NCBI GenBank assembly: GCA_030704615.1
Contig: CM060732.1
Coordinates: forward strand, 37,944,001 to 38,008,000
Length of the DNA: 64,000 bases
DNA from: Takakia lepidozioides
Lineage: Eukaryota > Plantae > Bryophyta
Reading direction: 5' to 3'
The notes below the pieces were generated by a model. The model made no database searches and was not told the origin of the DNA. It saw nothing but the letters and a program-made list of their open reading frames with translations. Below are positions 24,392 through 36,848 of this stretch, one piece after another. Each line of letters starts with the position of its first letter. Within the stretch, counting starts at the first letter, position 1. The position numbers were made by a program, and so were the translations under genes.

Positions 24392-25660
24392 TTAGCATTT
24401 ATACGGAGCAAATCCAATTCTGTTCAGAGACAAATCAAACACAACTCCTGTCTGTTGTTGTTGAAAACCGCCAAAAATACTGAAATCATACGCGCCATGG
24501 CAGTTGAAAGCTAAACAAACTTCTGGATAGGCATCGTATTGGTGAACAAACACAACTTGATTTGTATTCAAATCTAGTACCACTGATTCAAGGTTCTCAA
24601 ACATAAATGTCACCATCGGAAAGTCGGGAAAATTTTGGCCAGGTCTCACAGTCCAACACGTGTCAAAATAAGTATATGTTTCTTGGCCATCGTGAGGTGG
24701 CATTTCAGGCCCATTAGCCATTTGTGCTTCTGCAGCAATAAATGCATGCCTGAATGCCGAATATGTGTATGGAGAGCCGTTGTCATTAACACACCTCCTT
24801 GACCGTCCTGGTCGATGTCAAAGATGCCAGGAGGCATATTAACTACTTGGCCCGCCACCCAAATTTATGCAAAAGAATTTTATTAAGATAACGTCTATAT
24901 GTTTCAAAACATAATTATGGTCATAATCGGAGTACAAGTCAAAATCCTAATGTGGGTCTCTTTTTCCACACTTTTCATGACAAAAATGTGACTCGTAATA
25001 TATTTGTGAGATAAAAAAGAAAGATTCATGTCAAATCAAGCATAACTTTTGGTGTCCCTCCACCCAGGTGACTGTTGCCTTCAGTTTGGAGGATTGGCGT
25101 CTTCTAACAACCGAAACCAAGGTAGTGCAATTGCACCCCCCTCCCTAGTTAGGACTCAAAAATCCCCACGTACCCCACATTACAGTTTCTACCGCTTGAT
25201 CCGGGTACCCCTTTTGTAGCTAAATTAGCCATAATATGTGATATCCAACAAGTACACCTATGTGAATTTGAATCCATGACCACTCGTAAAGATGGAATGG
25301 TGCCCCTACTCTTTGGACTATGATCTGTTGGTTCATGCTTGTTTCAAATAGACACTTAAATGAAATGAAAATTTATGTATAATATTCATGATCTCCATAA
25401 CAATTCAGCAACCTCACGAGAGGAGAAATTGAACATACATGCGACTATGGCCGAGGCACCAAAGATCAACAACCCACTCGTTGCGCTCTGGGTTTGTGGC
25501 AAACAATAGGTGAATTGATTGGTGATTTGTGAATTCTGGGAGAGTTGGTATGGTAGGGACAATGCGGATTGTCCACCACCTCCAAGGCCCAAGATGCCGG
25601 AGGCTATCGGGATCCACGTCATCGTTGATTGATCTTCCCCTAGTCCAATCACAATATCTG
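24392..25660 (-). pseudogene. Nepenthesin-like (A1) aspartic protease pseudogene
   Basis: GILGLGGG...SLPYQL...FTYCL...LIFG (25386-25652) and C-terminal CLAF...SIFGGFQQQ...VVFDL...IGFAPYKC (24392-24721). Second DSG motif is disrupted and frameshifted. Confidence 0.85.
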
Positions 25661-25859
25661 CAGAATAAACAACATTACAAATATATCAAGTGGAGAATAC
25701 TAGGAATAATGTAAGAACTTAATGCATACGTGTGATTGTCTAACATGACGCTAAGTCAGTTCCTAGCATATCAAATCTTTTCTATCTGCTCTCGAGAGTG
25801 ACAGTGAACTGAAGCTGGAATAACGGTCAATTGGGTTACACAAAAGAGAATGATCATGA

Positions 25860-27610
25860 AGCCCCATCCCGCGCCCCTGCTGTGCACACCCTGCAAGCAT
25901 CGCGTTCCACGACACCACATCTCGTTCAGCCATAGGTTGAACACTCCCTTGGCATCCTCAATGCTCTCACATTTGGCATACATGTCCACCAGAGCAGTGT
26001 TCAGGATGACATCTGGTACAATTGATGATGTCACCATGGATCTCTTTGCCGGGCTGCCAGACGCACTGCAACCGCACACAAACGTTATGTGGGCTGTTTC
26101 ACCCCTTCCCCCATCATTTGCTCATAGGTCTCCAAAGCCTCCATCCCGCACCCCTGCTGTGCATACCCTGCAAACATCACAATCCACAACACCACATCTC
26201 GTTCAGCCATAGTGTTCAGAATGACAGGTGATCTGACAGGCATTCACCTTTTCGCCTCGGTTGTCCCACCATTGACTGGGGTCAGAAAAATATTCATTCC
26301 ACAGCTTCTCCTCATCTCTGTTACCTCTTTTAGGATACTTTCCTGTTGTCAGTTGGGAATATCATGTCAAAGTCACTCCAAACTATCAAAGATTCACTCT
26401 GAAGAAGGTGCCTTCATTAGCAACGCTTGGTTTTATCAATTGTGCCGCTGCTGCTGCGGCTTCCACTTGACCATCTACCCATGCAGGTTTCTTGTAGGTA
26501 ATCATAGGTAATCTGGAAAACCGCTCCTGGCAAATCACCTTCATCTTCCCAGACAATCTTCTCAGCTCAGCATGGATTTCCTTAATTCTGGGATGCAACT
26601 TGTCATCTACAACGAAGGTGTGCACCCTGTTGCAGCAGCGACCTGGCTCCTTTTCAACCCCTCTGACCTTCATCATTCTTCTCACCTTTACAGTATCAAC
26701 CCACCTGCCAGCTACAACATAGATGTTTGATAGCAACATAAGTCGCGGCATCCTGTTCATTCCACTTGAGGATAGATGTTGCCGCACGTTCAGGTCCACT
26801 GCCTCATCCAGTTGTCCCACACGTCCAAGAAGGTCCACCATGCAGCCAAAGTGCTATATTGTTGGAGTTACTCCATGATCTTGAATCAGGAAATCGAAGT
26901 AGCGTCTTCCTTCATTCAGAAGACCAGTGTGGCTGCATGCAGAGAGAACACATACTGCTTCTAGCCGTTCTTTTGCATTCCTTCAAATAGTTGCAGGACC
27001 TCCCTAGGACAACCATGCTGTGCATATCCTGCGATCATTGCATTCCACGACACCACATCTCATTCAGCCATATTGTCGAACACTCCCTTTGCATCCTCCA
27101 TGCACCCACATTTGGCATACATGTCCACCAGGGCAGTGTTCAGGATCACATCTGGTACAATTCCAGCTCTGACGATGTCGGCATGCACCTCTTTGCCCTT
27201 TTCCAGGGCTGCCAGGCTTGCACACGCACTGCAAACGCACACAAATGTGATGTGGTCGGGCTTCACCCCGTCGCACATCATTTGCTCATAGGTCTCCAAA
27301 GCCTCCATCCCACGTCCCTGCTGTGCATACCCTGCAAGCACCGCACTCCACGACACCACACCTCGTTCAGCCATAGTGTTGAACACTCCCTTTGCATCCT
27401 AGATGCACCCACATTTTGCAAACATGTCCACCAGGGCAGTGTTCAGAATGACAGCTGGTACAATTCCAGCTCTGACGATGTCGCCATGGACCTCTTTCCC
27501 CTCTTCCAGAGCTGCCAGGGCAGTGTTCAGAATGACGTTTGGTACAATTCCAGCTTTGATGATGTCTCCATGCACCTCTTTGCCCTTTTCCAGGGCTGCC
27601 AGGCTTGCAC
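25860..27610 (-). pseudogene. PLS-class PPR-E pseudogene fragments, inverted relative to 22090-24150
   Basis: MVDLLGRVGQLDEA, LLSNIYVVAGRW, VHTFVVDDKLHPRIKEIHAEL, ITFVCVCSACASLAALEKGKEVH. Confidence 0.9.
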
Positions 27611-28530
27611 AAGCATTGGTGATTCCTCCAGCAAATTGCTCAGGGTTGAATTCAAGGGCATCCTCACCCCACAGCTGTGGATCGTGATGCATTTGGACAT
27701 GGTTGGTGATAATAGTAAGTCCTTTTGGGATGAGCAGATTGCCCAACCAAAGGTCTTTTGCAGCCTGCCGAGACAGATGCGGAACAGGAGGGTAAAGCTG
27801 CATAGATTCATTCAACACCATTCCAACCTGCAGACAACAGAGTCATGCTCATGTCAATTAAATAACATTACTCCAGAACTCAAGCCTTCGCGAGGATGCC
27901 AACGAACAGCCGAGTGCAATACTGTTACTAATCCAGTTTCAGATTACCAATTGAATGCACTGACGACATTTGTGAAACAGTGTACACCAAAACAACAAAT
28001 CAGTCCCTAGTCTTGTATACAATGTAGAGGGCAGCATAGAGAGAGGAAACCCTGATAGCTTGATAGACGAAAGAGAATCTAGACACTTGCTCAAGATAGT
28101 TTGATATTTGAGGCTCAGAACTCACAAGTTTCAGCTTGCCAAGTGTCTGGCTATCAGGAGGAGCGCCTTTGCAAACCTCCTGCACTTCTCTACACAGACA
28201 ATCCTGCCACTCGGGATATACCAACAGCAACATCAAAGTACATGTCAGAGAAACCGCGCTGGTTTCATGGCCAGCAAAGAAGAAGGTCTTGCACTCATCT
28301 ACCACCTGCTGGTTTGTGAGTCAGGCTTGTGTAGGATTGGCCTTGTGGTTGTCCCGGGGGTTGTCCTCACTTACAGACAACATTATACCTAGCAGATCAT
28401 TTCCAAATTCGGCACTTTTTCCAAGAATCACAGAATCGCGCAGGGCTTGGATGATCTCTCTGAGACCCTTTGTGATCTCGTTTTCTGCTTTCCACAGTGC
28501 TCGATATTTTTGGACAGGAAAGAACCTGCA
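27605..28530 (-). pseudogene. Cytochrome P450 (CYP72 clan) fragment, two exons with an intron
   Basis: DLLGIML, DECKTFFFAGHET, GT..AG intron (~28125-27828), VLNESMQLYPP (ExxR mutated), MHHDPQLWGEDALEFNPEQF (PERF mutated). Heme motif absent. Confidence 0.92.
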
Positions 28531-28694
28531 AATGTACCCAAAGAACACTTCAAAACAAGTAGCTTGGCAAAGAGAGAGGTTACGATACTAAGCTTAAAAT
28601 TGAATTGCCCTAACATGAGCAGAAGTAATCGCTTTTCAACTACTTTCTGGAACTTCCAATGGATAGCTTAAGACATAATTTGAAGATAATGGAT

Positions 28695-29960
28695 TTGACG
28701 ATGTCACCGTGCACCTCTTTGCACTTTTCCAGGGCTGCCAGGCTTGCACACACATTGCAAATGCAAACAAACATCATGTGGCTTCACCCCCTTCGCACAT
28801 CATTTGCTCATAGGTCTCCAAAGCCTTGCTGTGCATATCCTGCAATCATCGCACTCCAGGACACCACATCTCGTTCAGCCATACTGTCAAATGACATTTG
28901 GTATCTGACACAATTCTGGCTTGATAATGTCAGCATGGATCTCTTTGCCCTTCTCAAGGGCTGCCACACTGGCACAGACCTTGAGAACCCACCTCCAATG
29001 TAGCCTGTAATCATGGAGCATAATACAACATCTCGTTCCGCCATTTTGTAGAACACTTGACGCGCATTCTCCATGCCCCCGCATTTGACAAACATGTCAG
29101 TGAGGGCAATCTCCAGAATGCTATCTGCTGCAATTTCACCTCTGATGATATCAGCATGATCCCTTTGCCCTTCTCTAGGTCTCCTAGACTGGCACATGCA
29201 TTGACCACAGAAGTGAAAGTGACCCTGTTGGGCATCACCCCCTACCGATGCATTAGCTCATAGATCTCGAAAGCTTCCCTAACACACCCATGTTGAGCAT
29301 ATTCTGCAATCATGGCGTTCCATGAAACCACATATCGTCCAACCCACCCCTTCGGCCAGCATTTGCTCATAGGTCTCCAAAGCATTCCTACCACACCCAT
29401 GCTTGGTGAATCCTGCCAACATTATATTCCACGTGATCAAAGATCGTTGAAGCATTATGTTGAACACTTGGTGAGCATCCAGGATGCTCCCGCACTTAAG
29501 ATACATGTTGACAAGGGTGTCGAGTAGAAAAACTTTTGGCGCAAATCAGCTAACTTGCAGAATTCAATATGGATATTTAGGGCCGATTCTGATAAGAGGG
29601 AAAAACAGGGTGAAATCTTTGGATAATGTGAGTGTGCATCTGCTTTCCAGCTTCCAGACCTTCCATCTTGATGCACTTAAGCAAGAGACAGACATATGTA
29701 TCTGAATCTGCTGAAATGCCTCCTTGGTTTAAAGTCTGTAGAGGCTCTGTCAGACTGCCTGCCGCACAAAGCATCTTCACATGCCCAGAAGTGCCATTCT
29801 CTACGATCCTAATGACTTCAAGCCCAACAGGGAAACAAACCCTACAAAAATGCCATGGGCTTCCATTACCTGACCCTTCACTTTCAGATTAATGTGTCCT
29901 CCCCCCTCCAAAGGCTTCTTCTCCTCCTCGTTGTGAATTTCTCCTGCATTGTTGGTGCTA
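28695..29960 (-). pseudogene. 5' part of a PLS-class PPR pseudogene
   Basis: LCAAGSLTEPLQTL...TYVCLLLKC...GKQMHTHII, MYLKCGSILDAHQVF, PNRVTFTSVVNACASL; frameshifted. Confidence 0.88.
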
Positions 29961-30722
29961 TCCCTCCACACCAGCCATGATTCCAGCAACCACTCCTAGC
30001 GCACAAAGGCAGACGTGCACAGAGACACGCAAACACAAACGAAGCGAGCGAGAAAGAAGCAGCAGCGCGCGCGCGTGAGTGACAAGTTCGGGCATTTCGG
30101 GCAGTTCCGAAAACGTTGGCGCGGCAATTTCTATTGGCGTATTTCGGGGTCCGGGCAGACTCGACATAATTTGACGACGAAACGTGGCACTTTGGTACCC
30201 TATTCCTGCTCTACGCTAAACTAGCTTCCAACCTTCGGTCATCGCTAGAACTAGGGCTTTGCTTTGCTCCGCACTACTAGCGACGAATTCCAAGAACTAC
30301 ATTCAATTGGCACAAAAAGGAGCGGGTCATCCCCACGCATACAATGTTTCTTTTGACAATTGGAAATATATACTATGCAGAAAATATGAGGAACAATGCA
30401 AAAGTATAACCGTCATAGGCATACCCCTATCTATGCCCAAGAAGTGAGGGGGATTTGAACCCCTTTTTCTCCCCGGTATGCAAACACCCCCCCCCCCTCC
30501 CCCTCCCCCTCCAATTCCCTCCGTCCGTCCCTCGCCCCGTCCCTCCCCAAGCATCAGACATCACATCAAATAACCACCCCATGTAGCTGCACTGATCGTC
30601 CCTTGAAATAAGGAAAGAAAAAAACATCCAGAAAAATCGAGAAACCCAAGCCCTCCGTAGCATCCCGACACCGAGCCTCGAATGAAACAACAAATACCGA
30701 CGCACACTACACCATTTTAAAT

Positions 30723-31424
30723 TTAATGTTGTTTTGGAAATGGCTCAATTCTTCGATTGTTTATGCAATCTCTCAAGTGGGTTCTCATGGTGGATGTTGC
30801 GTATCGGGAATGTGCGGGATTTAATCCGAATGCTATATCCGTGGCATAAGCTATTGCAAATACGCCACAGGATGAACAGTCAGTCTGTTGCATGACATCG
30901 GCATAGATATAATTGAAGTGTGGGACTGGGATTAATTTCGCGAGATGTTGTTCTATTTCGGTCGGTAGCTTCTTATCCGCGGGCATGCTGGAATCAAACA
31001 CCGTACATTGATAATTCGTTTCGTTCGGAATTATCATTGTTAGAATCCAATGGTTGTTGTTGACGAACACGTGCTGCAAACACTTCTTGGTGTATTTCGT
31101 TCTGCCCAGTAGAGTCGAATACGCATGTTGTTGGTAGTTTTGTGTTTCCAGTTCTTGATCAAATAGTATTTGCATCCCGGCCGCCAAATGCTGGTCACAC
31201 AACCATCCATTGTCATCCAAGATGATTTGATCGTCGTGCGCCGTCAAGAGGAGATCTTCGTGCCAATATGTTTCTTGGCGGAAATCTGTGTTTACTATGT
31301 CGGATTGTTCGTCTTCGGAATCGATTTCTATGATTTCGAGTGGTGTGGGAGTTAATTCTGAGCAAGTTTGGTTTTCATATGATAATATCGGTGTGGGATG
31401 TTCGGCTTCAGAATTGGTTGGCAT
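30723..31424 (-). CDS. Ulp1/C48-like cysteine peptidase, Helitron-associated
   Basis: WLCDQHL, VNNNHWIL (His), VFDS (Asp), QQTDCSSCGVFA (Gln/Cys); lies just 3' of the helicase remnant. Confidence 0.75.
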   Translation of the reverse strand: MPTNSEAEHPTPILSYENQTCSELTPTPLEIIEIDSEDEQSDIVNTDFRQETYWHEDLLLTAHDDQIILDDNGWLCDQHLAAGMQILFDQELETQNYQQHAYSTLLGRTKYTKKCLQHVFVNNNHWILTMIIPNETNYQCTVFDSSMPADKKLPTEIEQHLAKLIPVPHFNYIYADVMQQTDCSSCGVFAIAYATDIAFGLNPAHSRYATSTMRTHLRDCINNRRIEPFPKQH

Positions 31425-31559
31425 TTTTTATTTCTCCGTACGTGTGTCTTGGTTGGAGCGTTTTGGCGGCAAGGTTTGTATTCACCGTGCTGATGTGTTC
31501 CGTGGTCTTGTGTGATTTTTGTTTTTGGACATTACAATCGGCTTGTGGAGCCATGAACT

Positions 31560-32060
31560 CTAGTGAGTCTGTCTGAATTTGGCTCCTTGGATGTCGTCGA
31601 ACTTAATATCCCGAAGTGTTACTAATCCTTGTAGGGAACACAAACGAGACAGTGTGACGTAAATGTTGTGCATGTTCAAGAGGTGTCCATTTGGTGGTTT
31701 TTGCAAGTCGATTATTATCCTGTCGAAAGTTTTGCCTTGGCCTTTGTAGTCGGTTAGGCAGTATGCGGGTATCAGAGGCAATTGGGGTCTGCTGATTTTG
31801 AATTTCTTTGGTTTTTTCAGTTCATCCTCCGTGTGGTGATAATCGAACGTTCTCGAAATGGGTGTGATGGGCACTATGTTTTCTGGGAGATTTTCTAAAT
31901 TTATGTTGCTCAATGTTTGGTGTTGACTGATGAATGCCCCGAAATCGATTAATACGTGATTTGGCGGGTGCATTAAATTTTCTTCCCGTACGATCCAATC
32001 ATATTCTGTTGTCGAGATCCCCACTATTTGTCCGACTGCACCGTTTACAAGCCCCAATCT
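31560..32060 (-). pseudogene. Helitron PIF1-type helicase, C-terminal part
   Basis: GLVNGAVG, QLPLIPAYCLTDYKGQGKT, YVTLSR. Confidence 0.9.
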
Positions 32061-32074
32061 AGGATACGAATACG

Positions 32075-33389
32075 AGATCTCAAGCTAAATTTGTACACAT
32101 CATCGTGAACGCAGTTTTCAAATACCTACTACGTGTCAGAGAGACCGCCAAAACTTCCACAACAAATACAGGAGTACTTGGGAACATTAACACATATTAC
32201 GGTTGTTACGAAACGGCGAAAAATGGTTCACTTCACATACACACATTGTTATAGCTAGAAAATGCCCCAAATCCAAACGAACTCGTACAAAAACTGAAAG
32301 ACGACGAAGAATTCAAACGAAAAATGTTGGCATATTTGGACAACATCATAGTACGCGACTTGATCCAATTCAAATCCGAAATATCGGTTGACGACAACAT
32401 TCCAACCACTACCATTGACCCCGACATGGAAGAAAACAATGTAAACACTGAAATCCATCCGTGCACTACCAGACCTCCCGATGTTCTCTCTAAAACATTT
32501 CATACCGACTTTGCGCGCGACGTCTTGAAACTACTGAATGTATGCAATCGCCATGTGTGCAATCTCGCGTGCTACAAAACCAACGAAGAAGTTTTAAAAA
32601 AGAATTGTAGATACGGATTTCCCGCTGTCTTGGTTGAAGAAACGCATTTCGACGACGAAACTGGGCTGTTGCACATAAAACGAACCGACAGATGGTTGAA
32701 CAACGCAAATCCATGGATGTTAGTATTAGGAAGATGCAACCACGATTTGAAGTTTATCGGTGCTTCAGGGAAAGACGCAAAGGCACTGATATACTACATC
32801 ACGGATTACATCACAAAATCTTCCGTCTACACATCACACAAACTGAAAACAGGTTTCTACCAATGTCCGGCACGTGCATAACGTTATGTAGAACCGCTGT
32901 GTCCCGCTCTTGCAAATAGCCGTAAAAAAAATCCAAACGACTTATGACGATCTATATTCCGAACATTCAGTCGACAAGAACCGGAAATTGTTGATTCGAT
33001 GTTTGAACACGATTGGATCCCAACAAGAGATATCGGTAACAAGAGCAGTCAACATGTTGAAATATCCAGACCATTTGACAGACCACCAGTTTGCATATCT
33101 ACCGTGGTATAGTTTATCAGCATGGATCCGTGAACAAGAACAATTTCGATCGAACGAAGATGGAAACAACGATCTAAACAACACACCTGACGATAACGAC
33201 CCCGAAAACACATTCGAAACGTTCAAAGTCGAAAGATCCGAACATAACGACAAATTGATTATGTATAATTTCCGCATCGACTACCAAAGCAGGCCACACA
33301 AGTTCGGGGAAATGTCACCTTACAAGTTCTGCAGCAAATCATGCAAGCTGAAAAACCCGTACTATTACAAATTCGTGCATGAATTATGA
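32075..33389 (+). pseudogene. Helitron Rep domain fragment (opposite strand to the helicase)
   Basis: NRHVCNLACYK...CRYGFP, WLNNANPW, RCNHDLKFI, YYITDYITK (two-tyrosine motif), QQEIS; frameshifts. Confidence 0.85.
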
Positions 33390-34608
33390 GACCTGGCCGA
33401 ATCTGCAACCTCCTCCTTCAATTTACAACTCCCATTTGTTTTTCATTTTGTTCTTTCTTCCTTGCAATAGAAGTGTGTCTTTCATCATGTAACTGTGTAT
33501 AGCTCGTACATGTGACACGGTACTTGGAGAAAGTGTCTGGAAACAGCCGTCATTGAAAACTGGAAGCAACACTGTGGATGCATCATCATTTCCATCATCC
33601 TCCAAAAAAACTGAACCAGGAACAAGTTTGAATCTATTGCAAAACCAAGGTTCTGGGATAATGCACTTGTTTCCATTGCATTGAGAACGAACCACTTTTG
33701 CATCAGGTGGACATGAAAGCAATGCATATTTTGGTGCAGACATTTGACAATGTCCTCAAAGTTTGAGAGGAGATGCAGAATGAACGAAAGCGCACATCTT
33801 GCAAGACCTTATGCAAATACATTAAATGGCTTACATTACTTTTGTTTATCATCAATCCAGAAGGTCCAAATTTTTTGAGATATGTACTCCATCCATATTA
33901 CTCTCTGACAGAAACAACTAAATGGCCTATCCCCTATTTTTAAGACGACGCCGCCGTTGTTGAGATCTTAGAATCCAATGTACTGCCTTCTTCTTATGAA
34001 AATATGAAACATAAATGTTCTGCATGTTTCCATTTATTATACCACCTATCGTTGATTAATCGTCCAACTACGAACTGATACACTAGACGACACAATTTAT
34101 TTACAATCAAATCCCATGACATGTATGTTGATTTGTTCTCTGATTACTCATGTATGAATAATGAGTACAAGTATTTGTGGCGACAATTGACTCCAAAACC
34201 AATAAATTGATTAAGACACCCATAACAAAATATTCAGTTACTTTATCACTTACTTTATATTGTCTTATGAAGGGACTGCCACAAAGTAACATGTCAATCG
34301 TACAACCATCTTATGAGGATCCACGTGTAACCCATCCACGCGTAACCCATGTAGTCCATTAGTATAATTGACAAAAAAAATGTCTTGTTTAAAATGTGTT
34401 TGAAAAAAACCTAGACAAATAGTATTAAAATTTTCAGGTTTGAGTCAAAATAATTTCAGATTTGAGTCTACCAGAAGTTTAAGACGATTGACATGATGGA
34501 GCCATTGGTTTCAAAAAGCACTAACGCTACAGAGTATTAAAAAAGTTCACATTTCAAAATTAGCCAATTTGGCCTTCGCCCTCGCCCCCCTTACCCCCGC
34601 TCTCCTTG

Positions 34609-34673
34609 GTGGGCACAGGTTTGAACCCGCAACCTAGTGGATAATACACCACAACCTTACCACCAAGCCATGC
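34609..34673 (-). other. tRNA-derived (SINE-head-like) sequence
   Basis: Minus strand TGGCTTGGTGG (A-box) ... GGTTCAAACC (B-box) at tRNA-like spacing; no convincing cloverleaf. Confidence 0.45.
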
Positions 34674-36848
34674 TCTATTCAATAAAACCTCTACTTTTTT
34701 GTTAATAAACTGTTTCTATTCAGCTAAACTTGTTGTCATTACTATATGACTAACCCGGTCTCATTACTACACTAACGTAGTCTAGTATACTTGCACATTA
34801 TCCCTTGCCTTTCACTCCCCCAAACAAACACACACAAACTACACAAGCACTTAACACGTCTCTAGTTTCTACACCCTGGAGGCTCCCGTTGCGAAGAGGA
34901 GACGGAGGCGCCGCATCTCGTCCTTATACTATACCACCCCAAGGCAACGAGCTGCTGCGGCGATGGGGAGGAAGAAGGACTATAGTGTGAATATGTGGTT
35001 ATTTTTGCAGCTGTTCGATGGGCTACGTACTTAAGATTTTACAACATTTAAGTAGTTGGATGAATGGTAGTAATGGATGAATTATAACTCATTGGATGAA
35101 GACATCCGTCCGCCAAACATCCATGTGCCCTAGATCGGCGGGATTGATGAGTGACGACGTTCTTCATGCAAGCACACAAGCACGGGTATGGCGAGCTCCT
35201 GACACTTTGTATTCTGGAGCAGACATCAGCCTACATGCTTTAGTTTTTGGTTGCAATTTACTTTCATGTTCCTTAGTCAGTATCTGCGATGGCAGCTGAG
35301 TTAGTTTTCTGGATAGAGCTAGTTGATATGATCGACTATATGAGCTGCAGGTGTAGTAATTGCACATGCAAGTGGGGTTTGGGTTTTAAGGCAGTTTTTG
35401 GTGAGAAGGCGGATCTTCTTACTTTCGGCAGACGGTAGTGAGGTAGCGAAGGGAGGTGGTGATGGTGACGTGAAGGAGAGACTGGAGCTTCAAGCTCGAG
35501 ACTCGGTATTTTTGGTGTAGAGGAAGAATTATGCTGATGAAGAAGTAAAAATCAACTGTTTGGATCACTGCTTGGTTTTTGTGTATGGAATCGCATTTGC
35601 ATGATGCATTAGTTCCTGCATTGTTGCCATGAGGGAAGTCTAATTGCAGCTCTGGTCAGTTTGAGCATGTATGTAGTGCATCACTCAAATCACCTAGTGG
35701 GGAGATTCCACATTGCATAGATGGAATATTAGGGTAGATCTGTAAAGTGACAGCATTGTTGTTTGTTTCCAGAAGATCAGTCGAACCCGCAGCTCGTGCG
35801 TAATTGACGAGTGCATTTGGATCTGACCCTTAGACTAGAGAGGTAAAAGATGAGAGGGAGTGAGAGAAAATGAGCTGATGCCAGGTAGTCTCGGGTAGTT
35901 CGATCAGGCTGTCTGACGGGGTGCCATGAATACAGGAGGGTGACGGCTCTTCACGGGCAAGGCCCACCTTTCAAGGGGGAATCTGTGAAGGCTCTGCTGG
36001 GTGTTTGCAGCATGCGGGATCTCATGCAAGGCAGTTGTTAATCTATGACGAATGTGTGTCCTACCTATGTCTTCTCTTTTGCTGCGGCATGGGTGGGACG
36101 AAATGGTACTATGGTGACTTGAAGTGAATGTCGTGGGTCCCGAAATGTTTTGCCCCTTTCTTTTGTATCAGAGCTGATGTCATTCTCTGGCTCTGTTGAT
36201 TTCCGTGGTGACAGATTGCTTTGTGCATGTGTGAATATATAGCCTGGATCGTGTTGATTTAACCTACTTGTAGTTACGAAGCAACTTGCAGGCTGTTGGG
36301 TCTTTGCTGTGAACAAGAAACTCTACATGTTGGGTCTTCAAGGAATCCAGGTTCAGAAGGGAATACCGGTAAACAAGGGAAAGTCCGAATAGTTCGCATC
36401 TGAGAATCTTCCACGGGCCAGGCTTTCCACAACAAGCCCTTAGACAGCGGCAAGTGCAACTCCAGAAAGACGGAGGCATTAAAATTGTTGAATGAATAGC
36501 TGGACGTGAAGAAGTAATCGGCTAAGCAAACAACGGACATCCTGAGAAGACCGGTAGCGGCTGTAGTGGTGCATGAGGGAGAAACGCTAACTGGAGGAGA
36601 GATTGTTCAAGCAAAAACTGGCATTCACAAGGAGCCTTTACGAAACACAGGAGGCACTGGGAATCACAGGTGAAGGGGGTATTGTGAGCAAAGATAAGCT
36701 CGAAACAAGCACCATGCAAAATACCGTCAGCCCCGCTGGGGTGGGTGTCCCTTCTTCTGGCTCTCGATCCGAAGATGTGGTGGTATGGTTTGAAAGATTG
36801 CAAGGGGCCATGGTTTAGGCGAAGATAAGTAAAGATAAGCTGTCCAAG

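Noticed and set aside
26991-28010. 339-aa plus-strand ORF as a gene
   Set aside because: It is the antisense shadow of the PPR and CYP remnants.
34609-34673. Functional tRNA gene
   Set aside because: A and B boxes are present but acceptor and anticodon stems are not convincing.
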